The notes under the pieces: generated by a model
Databases searched by the model: none
What the model was told of the DNA's origin: nothing
What the model saw: only the letters and a program-made list of their open reading frames with translations
In this document: positions 56,396 through 64,000 of the stretch, piece by piece
Layout of the letters: each line of letters begins with the position of its first letter
Position numbering within the stretch: the first letter of the stretch is position 1
Program-made: the position numbers and the translations under genes
Source of the DNA: an uncultured Woeseia sp.
GTDB taxonomy: Bacteria > Pseudomonadota > Gammaproteobacteria > Steroidobacterales > UBA11654
Reading direction: 5' to 3'
NCBI GenBank assembly: GCA_964454905.1
Contig: CAYVTR010000007.1
Location: 369-64,368, forward strand
Length of the DNA stretch: 64,000 nucleotides

Positions 56396-57061
56396 ATGGA
56401 TGATAATTTAACAGATCAACAACAAGCAGAAGTTGTAAAGCAATGGCTTAAAGACAATGGGTTAAGTATTCTATTTTCTATAGGTCTGGGTATTTCGGCG
56501 TATTTTGGGTTGCAATTCTATCAACAGAGTCAATTGCAAGAGTCTGAAAGCGCTTCTCGATTGTATGCAGAGGTTGAATTTGCATTAAAACAGCAAAGAA
56601 TGGCTCAAGCACAGAATTTACTTCAAGAGATGGATAATAATTTCTCTGGTAGCCCTTATCAGCAACAGAGCCATTTAGCCATGGCAAAGTTACACATGGA
56701 TTCATTGGATTATGATAATGCCATTATTCAGTTAGAGTTTGTTATGGAAAATGCTAGAGATGAATCCTTTCAGCACATTGCACGATTAAGAATCGCACGG
56801 ATCATGATTGAACAAGATGAGTTGGATGGTGCTTTAGCATTGTTGGACTCAGTAACAGCATCTCCGATTGCCTATACTCCCTATTACGAAGGTGTAAAAG
56901 GCGATATATACGCTGCCCAAGGTCAGGTAGAAAAAGCTAAGGTTGCTTATTCATTGGCTCTTGATGCACTTGAACCTGGCAATTTTGATTTTGATTTTAT
57001 TAAAATGAAATCCGATCAGATTCAAACCGATGCGGCTCCCCTAGACAGCAACCAGTCATGA
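56396..57061 (+). CDS. yfgM: YfgM-family ancillary translocon/TPR-like membrane protein
   Basis: The N-terminal EQ..VKQWLKDNG followed by a TM segment, and the conserved hisS-yfgM-bamB-der order. Confidence 0.75.
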   Translation: MDDNLTDQQQAEVVKQWLKDNGLSILFSIGLGISAYFGLQFYQQSQLQESESASRLYAEVEFALKQQRMAQAQNLLQEMDNNFSGSPYQQQSHLAMAKLHMDSLDYDNAIIQLEFVMENARDESFQHIARLRIARIMIEQDELDGALALLDSVTASPIAYTPYYEGVKGDIYAAQGQVEKAKVAYSLALDALEPGNFDFDFIKMKSDQIQTDAAPLDSNQS

Positions 57062-58266
57062 ATCCATTCGTAAAACAAATCAATAATGATATGACCACCT
57101 GGGTGTCACCGAGGTGGTTGTGGGTAATATTTTTTCTATTTCTTAACCAAGGGTGTTCTCTTTTCGGCGGTGATGACGAGGACGAGTCATTGTTGCCTGC
57201 AGAATTAATTGAATTTGTAGAATCCGTTGATGTGGATGAACGATGGAAAGCTTCTGTTGGTAAAGGGCACGAGGGCTTAGGAATTGCCTTATATCCAACC
57301 ACAGATGGAGAGACCGTCTATGCCGCAAGCTTTAACGGTAATGTGCTTGCTGTAAATGCAAACAACGGAAGAAAAATATGGAAGCAAAGCTTTGATTTTT
57401 CCTTCACAGCTGGACCCACATACAAAGATGGGATTCTGGTGCTTGGTACAAATAATGGTGAACTTATTAATATTGACTCTATGACCGGTGAAATTCTTTG
57501 GACCACCACAGTCAGTAGTGAAATCCTTGCTCCGGTTGCTATTAAGGACGATCAAATTTTTGTCAGATCAGTCGACGGTAATTTAACTGCTGTTCTAAGC
57601 GATAACGGGTCTTTAATGTGGACAGCTAACCATAGGGTTCCCCGATTAAGTCTAAGAGGCACAACGAGTCCAGAAATATTTGCTAATGCAGTATTGTGCG
57701 GTTTTGATGACGGGAAAGTCAGTGCTTATGATTTAGTGGACGGTTCATTGTTGTGGGAAACTATGCTGACGCCTCCAGGAGGTCGAACTGAAATAGAAAA
57801 AATTAATGATATTGATGCGCCGATGACCATTGTTGGTAACGAACTTTATGTGGGCAGCTACCAAGGCGCCCTAGCGGCACTGGCTTTGGAATCTGGGGAC
57901 ATTATCTGGCTTACTGAAGCGTCTATTTATACTGGGATGGCAGTGGATGAGAAGGCAGTGTTTGTTTCAGAATCTGACGGCAGTGTCATGGCTTTGTCTC
58001 GTTTTACTGGCAGAGAGATATGGAAAAAAGACAATTTATTGAACCGTTATCCGTCAGCTCCAGTGATTATCGGCAATTCAATTATCGTTGGTGATCTTGA
58101 AGGCTACTTGCATTGGTTGGATAAAGAATCCGGTGAAACGCAACAACGAATTAGTATTGGTAAGGATAAAATTTCATCAGTGCCTTTGGTAATGAAAGAC
58201 ACTGTTATTGTACAAACCGATGGAGGTAACCTGGTCTCAGTTAAAACCTTCATTCCTAGTTCGTAG
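57058..58266 (+). CDS. bamB: outer membrane protein assembly factor BamB
   Basis: Lipoprotein-like signal (..FLFLNQGC-S), repeated PQQ-like beta-propeller blades (G.....LW), and synteny. Confidence 0.85.
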   Translation: MNPFVKQINNDMTTWVSPRWLWVIFFLFLNQGCSLFGGDDEDESLLPAELIEFVESVDVDERWKASVGKGHEGLGIALYPTTDGETVYAASFNGNVLAVNANNGRKIWKQSFDFSFTAGPTYKDGILVLGTNNGELINIDSMTGEILWTTTVSSEILAPVAIKDDQIFVRSVDGNLTAVLSDNGSLMWTANHRVPRLSLRGTTSPEIFANAVLCGFDDGKVSAYDLVDGSLLWETMLTPPGGRTEIEKINDIDAPMTIVGNELYVGSYQGALAALALESGDIIWLTEASIYTGMAVDEKAVFVSESDGSVMALSRFTGREIWKKDNLLNRYPSAPVIIGNSIIVGDLEGYLHWLDKESGETQQRISIGKDKISSVPLVMKDTVIVQTDGGNLVSVKTFIPSS

Positions 58267-58283
58267 TATGAGGAGGTCATACT

Positions 58284-59684
58284 ATGCTGCCAGTAGTCGC
58301 AATTGTCGGAAGACCAAACGTTGGTAAATCGTCTCTTTTTAATCAACTAACGCAAACGAATGACGCTTTAGTTGCTGATTTCCATGGCCTTACGAGAGAC
58401 CGCATCTACGGTCATCTCCACACCGATAAGGGTGATATTATCCTTATTGATACTGGTGGGTTAGATCATGACCACGGTGATTTATCGCAAATTATCAAAG
58501 AGCAGACCGATCTGGCCATTGAAGAATCCGATCTTATTGTGATGATAGTAGATGGCCGAGAAGGACTAACAAACAGTGATCAAGAGATTGCCCAAGCGCT
58601 GAGAAAAAAGAATAAATCTGTGCTTCTTGCCATTAATAAGACTGAAGGCATGAACAGTCAGACTATGGACGCAGATTTTTATTCACTTGGCTTCAAAGCA
58701 ATGTTGAGTATCTCAGCTTTAAGAGGCGATCATTGCGAAGAACTCATTTCCCAAATTTCAGAGATTCTTGATGTGGATCAGGCAGATTCAGGCTATCAAG
58801 AATTACCGGATGAAAAAATTTCTATTGCCTTAATTGGCAGACCCAATGTGGGCAAGTCAACGTTCATTAATGGTTTACTTAAAGAGGAACGACTGCTGAC
58901 TGAGAACCAACCTGGCACAACTCGAGACAGTATTTATATTGATTACCAGTTTGGTGGCCAAGACTTAATCTTGATTGATACTGCAGGCATAAGACGAAAA
59001 AAGAAGGTTGGAGAGGTCATTGAAAAATTCAGTATCGTCAAAGCATTGCAAGCTCTAGATGTCTCCGATGCTGTGATCGTCATGATTGATGGAGATGAAG
59101 GCATTACAGACCAAGATCTTTCATTAATTGGTTTGGTGCTCAACTCCGGTCGCGCGTTTACAATTGCGGTCAACAAATATGATTTGCTGGATGACGAAGC
59201 GCAAGAAATGATTGATCGCCAAATTAAAAGACGGCTAAAATTTGCCGCGTTTGTTGATATTCAATTTATTTCAGCTTTAAAAAGAAAACATCTTAAACAG
59301 ACAATGAAAGGAGTGTTGGCTGCAGCTAAGAATGCTATGCAAACTGTGTCTACCTCAGAGTTGTCAAAGTTGATTGAAAGACTTATGGAAACTGATCCAC
59401 CCCCTTATGTTCAAGGACGCAGAATAAAACTAAAGTATGCTCATCAAGGCGGCATTCAGCCTCCCACATTTATCATTTATGGCAATCAAACCAAAAAATT
59501 AAGAGGCAACTATAAAAAATTTATTGAGAATCAGATTCGGTCTCGTTTTTCCTTATTAGGAACACCGATAGAATTATTTTTTAAAGACAGTAAGAATCCT
59601 TTTTCTGATCGAAAAAACAAACTCTCTAGCCGACAGTGGAAAAAAAGAAGACGTGTAATTCGTTTACGTAAAAAAAGATCCTAA
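58284..59684 (+). CDS. der: ribosome biogenesis GTPase Der (EngA)
   Basis: Two GTPase domains (GRPNVGKSSLFN and GRPNVGKSTFIN; DTGG and DTAG) and a KH-like basic C-terminus. Confidence 0.9.
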   Translation: MLPVVAIVGRPNVGKSSLFNQLTQTNDALVADFHGLTRDRIYGHLHTDKGDIILIDTGGLDHDHGDLSQIIKEQTDLAIEESDLIVMIVDGREGLTNSDQEIAQALRKKNKSVLLAINKTEGMNSQTMDADFYSLGFKAMLSISALRGDHCEELISQISEILDVDQADSGYQELPDEKISIALIGRPNVGKSTFINGLLKEERLLTENQPGTTRDSIYIDYQFGGQDLILIDTAGIRRKKKVGEVIEKFSIVKALQALDVSDAVIVMIDGDEGITDQDLSLIGLVLNSGRAFTIAVNKYDLLDDEAQEMIDRQIKRRLKFAAFVDIQFISALKRKHLKQTMKGVLAAAKNAMQTVSTSELSKLIERLMETDPPPYVQGRRIKLKYAHQGGIQPPTFIIYGNQTKKLRGNYKKFIENQIRSRFSLLGTPIELFFKDSKNPFSDRKNKLSSRQWKKRRRVIRLRKKRS

Positions 59685-61036
59685 CTCTTTTTTTTGATTT
59701 CAGTGACCTTGGACTTAAAAGACCCATCTTTGAGACGAGTGGTCAATGCTGAACCTTTTTTGATCGTATTCAGGGATTTGACATGCTGTCCCGTTTTATC
59801 ATCAGTCACATAGGCATAACCTCTAGAGAGATTTTGCAGTGGGGATATACCATTGAGTTTTGCCATAGCGATTGAAAATTGTTGTTGTTGTCTATTGAAA
59901 ATTTGTTGTGTGAATAACACCAATTGATGATTAACTTCTTTGAGATCAGAATGTATTGAGTCAATAGTAAATTTTGGGTTTTGTATCGCCAATGCATTGA
60001 TTTTATTATTTAGGCTTGACTGCAAACTATTGATGTAGGTGTTTGGCATGGTCTGAATTTTCTGTTGGATTGCATCCAATTGTTGACTGCGTTGTTGCAA
60101 TTTAGTTTTAGGGTGATTTTCTTCAAGTTTAATTTGGTTTCGCATCAAGACATTGTGAAGATTTTTAAGTATTAAACTGAAAGCCTGAGTGATTTGTCTT
60201 GAACGATTTGTGAAGGTGTTTATAAGTTCAGTCGCTTCAGGCAAAATCATTTCAGCAGCCCCAGTGGGAGTAGGGGCTCTAAGATCAGAGACCATGTCAG
60301 CTATTGTGGTGTCGGTTTCATGACCAATGCCGGTAATTATAGGAATATTTGATTCAAACACGGCTCGCGCAACCTGTTCTTCATTGAAGCACCACAAATC
60401 CTCTAGTGACCCTCCACCTCTTGCAAGAATGATGACTGAGCATTCATCTCGATTATTAGCGATATCTATAGCTTGACAGATCTGCTTGCTGGCTTCCTGA
60501 CCTTGAACCAAGGTAGGGTAGACCAACAATTCAACCAAGTTAAAGCGTCGTTTTATGGTGTTAAAAATATCTTGAATAGCAGCGCCTGTGGGCGAAGAAA
60601 TAATGCCAATTTTTGTGGGTATAAAAGGGAGGGATTGCTTATGAATCGGCTCAAACAATCCCTCGGCTTCAAGCTTCTTTTTTAACAATTCAAACTTTTG
60701 CCTAAGCAACCCCTCACCTGCTTGCTCAGCGTATTCAACGATTAATTGATATTCACCTCTAGCTTGATACAGACCAACCTTAACTTTAGCTAAAATATGT
60801 TGCCCGTCTTGCAACTCAAAATTAAGCGATTGATTTTGTATTCTAAACATTGCGCAACGAACACTGGATGTTGGGTCTTTTAAAGAAAAATAACTATGGC
60901 CAGCTGCTGACTTCATGTAGTTAGAAATCTCTCCTTCAATCCAAACGATGCCAAAATTTATGCCCAGCAGCGACGCGACCTCGTCATTTAATTCTGAGAC
61001 ACTGTAAATGTGTTCTTGTAATATTTCTGAATCCAT
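59681..61036 (-). CDS. xseA: exodeoxyribonuclease VII large subunit
   Basis: YSVSELN...VWIEGEISN, ARGGGSLEDLW, and GIGHETD. Confidence 0.9.
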   Translation of the reverse strand: MDSEILQEHIYSVSELNDEVASLLGINFGIVWIEGEISNYMKSAAGHSYFSLKDPTSSVRCAMFRIQNQSLNFELQDGQHILAKVKVGLYQARGEYQLIVEYAEQAGEGLLRQKFELLKKKLEAEGLFEPIHKQSLPFIPTKIGIISSPTGAAIQDIFNTIKRRFNLVELLVYPTLVQGQEASKQICQAIDIANNRDECSVIILARGGGSLEDLWCFNEEQVARAVFESNIPIITGIGHETDTTIADMVSDLRAPTPTGAAEMILPEATELINTFTNRSRQITQAFSLILKNLHNVLMRNQIKLEENHPKTKLQQRSQQLDAIQQKIQTMPNTYINSLQSSLNNKINALAIQNPKFTIDSIHSDLKEVNHQLVLFTQQIFNRQQQQFSIAMAKLNGISPLQNLSRGYAYVTDDKTGQHVKSLNTIKKGSALTTRLKDGSFKSKVTEIKKKS

Positions 61037-61141
61037 AGATGCCTTTAATTATACAAGAAAGCAGACCCACTCGGGTTTACAAATTGAACCATCAGTGTAG
61101 AATGCCTTTGACAAATCCATGGTAATAAATGGAGCTGTCAA

Positions 61142-62608
61142 ATGACCATAGAAAAACTCGCATTAACTTTTGATGATGTGCTTCTTAAACCGAATTACTC
61201 GGATGTGCGACCCCGCGAGACTGATTTATCAACAAAGCTAACTCGTAACCTAAACATTAACATTCCATTGCTATCCGCAGCTATGGACACGGTCACAGAA
61301 TTTCAACTCGCCATTGCCATTGCTCAAGAGGGAGGTATTGGCGTGGTGCATAAAAACTTAAGTGTTGAAGAGCAAGCTGCTCAAGTCAACCGAGTTAAAA
61401 AATTTGAAAGCGGCGTGATTACCGATCCCATTACTGTTGCGCCTGATATCACTATTCGAGAAGTCCTTGAAATCACTAGAAAGAATAATATTTCTGGAGT
61501 GCCAGTGGTGCAAAACGATGAGACGGTAGGGATTGTGACGAACCGAGATTTAAGGTATGAAAACAGATTGGATGCTTTAGTCAGCAGCGTGATGACTCCT
61601 AAGGAGGATTTAATCACAGTCAGGGAAGGCGAAGAGAAAGAAGAAGTTTTAAGACTTCTACACCATCACAGGATTGAAAAAGTATTAGTGGTTGACGATA
61701 ACTTCAAGCTTAAGGGTATGATCACTGCCAAGGATTTTCAAAAAGCCACTGATTTTCCATTGGCTTCTAAAGATGACAACGGGGCATTAATAGTTGCTGC
61801 TGCAGTTGGCGTTGAAGGGGATTCTGATGATCGGGTTGAGGCATTACATAAATCCGGTGTTGATGTCATTGTTATTGACACCGCTCATGCGCACTCTAAA
61901 AGTGTCATTGAGAAGATCAAATTCATTAAAACAAAATACCCTAAGTTGGAACTTATTGTCGGCAACATTGTGACTGCAGAAGCGGCCACAGCCTTAGCTG
62001 AAGCCGGTGCTGATGCAGTGAAAGTGGGCATTGGCCCAGGGTCAATTTGCACCACAAGAATTATTGCTGGTGTCGGAATGCCACAAGTCACTGCCATCAT
62101 TGATGTGGCTGAAGCACTTAAGGGTAAAGGTATACCCGTTATTGCAGACGGAGGAATTCGTTACTCAGGAGATATTGCCAAAGCCATTGCAGCAGGAGCT
62201 GACAGCATTATGTTGGGCAGCTTGTTTGCAGGCACTGAAGAGTCACCTGGTGAAGTAGAGCTTTATCAAGGCAGAAGTTTTAAGTCTTATCGCGGCATGG
62301 GATCTCTTGGCGCTATGGCAGAAAAACATGGCTCTAAAGACAGATACTTCCAAGGCGATGTTGATATCAATGATAAATTGGTACCCGAAGGCATAGAGGG
62401 CAGAGTTCCATTTAAAGGTAGCCTAACTCAAATCGTTGAACAATTAATTGGCGGTTTAAGGCAATCCATGGGTTACACAGGTTGCAACAACATAGAAGAG
62501 CTTAAAACCAAGACTGAGTTTGTTCGTATCACTGATGCCGGAAGAAAAGAGAACCATGTTCATGATGTAAGTATTACTAAAGAACCGCCCAATTATTCTG
62601 TCGATTAA
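61142..62608 (+). CDS. guaB: IMP dehydrogenase
   Basis: LTFDDVLL, tandem CBS domains, the catalytic loop [11 protein letters not shown], and GGIRYSGD. Confidence 0.95.
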   Translation: MTIEKLALTFDDVLLKPNYSDVRPRETDLSTKLTRNLNINIPLLSAAMDTVTEFQLAIAIAQEGGIGVVHKNLSVEEQAAQVNRVKKFESGVITDPITVAPDITIREVLEITRKNNISGVPVVQNDETVGIVTNRDLRYENRLDALVSSVMTPKEDLITVREGEEKEEVLRLLHHHRIEKVLVVDDNFKLKGMITAKDFQKATDFPLASKDDNGALIVAAAVGVEGDSDDRVEALHKSGVDVIVIDTAHAHSKSVIEKIKFIKTKYPKLELIVGNIVTAEAATALAEAGADAVKVGIGPGSICTTRIIAGVGMPQVTAIIDVAEALKGKGIPVIADGGIRYSGDIAKAIAAGADSIMLGSLFAGTEESPGEVELYQGRSFKSYRGMGSLGAMAEKHGSKDRYFQGDVDINDKLVPEGIEGRVPFKGSLTQIVEQLIGGLRQSMGYTGCNNIEELKTKTEFVRITDAGRKENHVHDVSITKEPPNYSVD

Positions 62609-64000
62609 TGACACTTGACGCTGATAAAATATTAATTCTTGATTTCGGCTCACAATACACACAACTCATCGCCCGACGGGTCAGAGAAGCGGGTGTTTAC
62701 AGTGAGATATATGCTGGCGACATCGACCATCAATCTATCAGTGATTTCAACCCATCAGGGATAATTCTTTCGGGTGGGCCTGAGTCTGCCTTTTCTGATG
62801 ATTCCCCTAAAGCAGCCACAGAGATATTTACCATGGGGGTTCCTATTTTAGGGATCTGTTATGGAATGCAAACCATGGCTGAGCAGTTGGGAGGTCATGT
62901 TCGGTCCTCAGCCCATAGAGAATTTGGTTATGCTGAAGTGTCTGTTCAAACATCCAATAGATTGTTTAGCGGGATTGAGGTAAGCGAAGATAGCCTCCAA
63001 GTGTGGATGAGTCATGGCGACCGAGTGGAGGCCTTACCCGAAGGATTCGCGATTATTGGTAAAAGCGATAGTTCACCAGCGGCTGCAATGGCTAATGATG
63101 AGAAATTATTTTTTGGGTTGCAATTTCATCCAGAAGTGACTCACACCAATAAAGGACAAATTATTATTGAGAATTTTGTTCATCAAATTTGTGGATGCGG
63201 TAGTGAATGGACGCCAGGCAATATCATAGAGAACGACATCAATAATATCCGTGAAGAGATTGGAGATGACCAAGTCTTGTTAGGTTTATCAGGAGGCGTT
63301 GACTCTTCGGTGGTAGCAGCATTACTCAATAGAGCTATAGGCGATCAATTGACTTGTATTTTTGTGGATAACGGTCTATTACGACTACATGAAGGCGATC
63401 AAGTCATGGAAGTGTTTTCAACACACATGAATTTGAATGTTATCCGTGTGGATGCTGAAGAGCTTTTTCTCAGTAAACTTCAAGGAGTAGAAGATCCAGA
63501 AGAGAAACGAAAAATAATAGGCAATACTTTTATTGAAGTTTTCGAGGAAGAAGCATCTAAATTAGTCAATGTTAAATGGTTAGCTCAAGGAACTATTTAC
63601 CCAGATGTTATTGAGTCAGCTGGAGCAAAAACAGGAAAAGCTCATGTCATAAAATCACATCATAATGTTGCCGGCTTACCAGAGGATATGACATTAAAGC
63701 TGATAGAGCCACTTAGAGATCTCTTCAAAGATGAGGTGAGAGTTATAGGTAAAGAATTAGGTTTACCTTCAGAGTTGGTTGATCGTCATCCTTTCCCAGG
63801 CCCTGGACTTGGCGTAAGGATATTAGGTGAAGTGAAAAAAGAGTTTGCTGATCTTTTAAGGTTGGCCGATTCAATTTTCATTGAAGAGTTGGTAACAAAC
63901 AATCTTTATCATGATGTCAGTCAGGCATTTTCAGTTTTTCTGCCTGTAAAGTCAGTCGGAGTTATGGGGGATGGAAGAAAGTATGATTATGTTATTGCAC
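62608..64000 (+). CDS. guaA: GMP synthase (glutamine-hydrolysing), C-terminus beyond the right edge
   Basis: My translation from ATG 62608 (overlapping the guaB stop) reads [27 protein letters not shown]. It contains GICYGMQ (GATase Cys) and the ATP-PPase motif SGGVDSSV. The ORF is open at the window end. Confidence 0.9.
   Translation, partial: MTLDADKILILDFGSQYTQLIARRVREAGVYSEIYAGDIDHQSISDFNPSGIILSGGPESAFSDDSPKAATEIFTMGVPILGICYGMQTMAEQLGGHVRSSAHREFGYAEVSVQTSNRLFSGIEVSEDSLQVWMSHGDRVEALPEGFAIIGKSDSSPAAAMANDEKLFFGLQFHPEVTHTNKGQIIIENFVHQICGCGSEWTPGNIIENDINNIREEIGDDQVLLGLSGGVDSSVVAALLNRAIGDQLTCIFVDNGLLRLHEGDQVMEVFSTHMNLNVIRVDAEELFLSKLQGVEDPEEKRKIIGNTFIEVFEEEASKLVNVKWLAQGTIYPDVIESAGAKTGKAHVIKSHHNVAGLPEDMTLKLIEPLRDLFKDEVRVIGKELGLPSELVDRHPFPGPGLGVRILGEVKKEFADLLRLADSIFIEELVTNNLYHDVSQAFSVFLPVKSVGVMGDGRKYDYVIA

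Overview
This is a 64-kb chromosomal window from a low-GC, very tightly packed genome. Many genes abut or overlap by 1-11 nt. The conserved gene strings (queA-tgt-yajC-secD-secF; suhB/trmJ-iscS..iscA-ndk-rlmN-hisS-yfgM-bamB-der; xseA/guaB-guaA; xerD-dsbC) are those of Gammaproteobacteria. I infer a streamlined, probably marine lineage, but I ran no search. I call about 73 CDS and 2 tRNAs (Arg-ACG, Leu-CAA). I saw no rRNA, CRISPR array, transposase, phage integrase or toxin-antitoxin signature. The right half (41-64 kb) is housekeeping. The left and middle parts carry accessory modules. (1) A beta-alanine/omega-amino-acid catabolic operon (aminotransferase-mmsA-ald) with a divergent XRE-cupin regulator. 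(2) A five-gene operon at 12.4-18.8 kb with no function known to me. It encodes a tandem alpha/beta-hydrolase-like protein, an FAD-linked oxidase, a ferrochelatase-like lipoprotein, a Tat-exported DUF1838-like protein and a lipoprotein cytochrome c. This is my best candidate for an undescribed system. (3) A phosphate-acquisition neighbourhood: DUF47/PhoU-like, PiT, porin, PhoA-type alkaline phosphatase and a class B/C acid phosphatase. (4) LeuCD-like dehydratase genes next to a family III CoA-transferase and an HMG-CoA-lyase-like gene. (5) A Vibrio TonB2-style energy-transduction cluster (DUF3450, TtpC-like, ExbB, two ExbD, TonB, TPR). Its two ExbD paralogs share a 68-nt near-identical patch. 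(6) A reduced ISC locus with an IscU-like protein that lacks most cluster-ligand residues. All functional calls come from reading the supplied translations for motifs I recognise. No database search, HMM or structure prediction was run.
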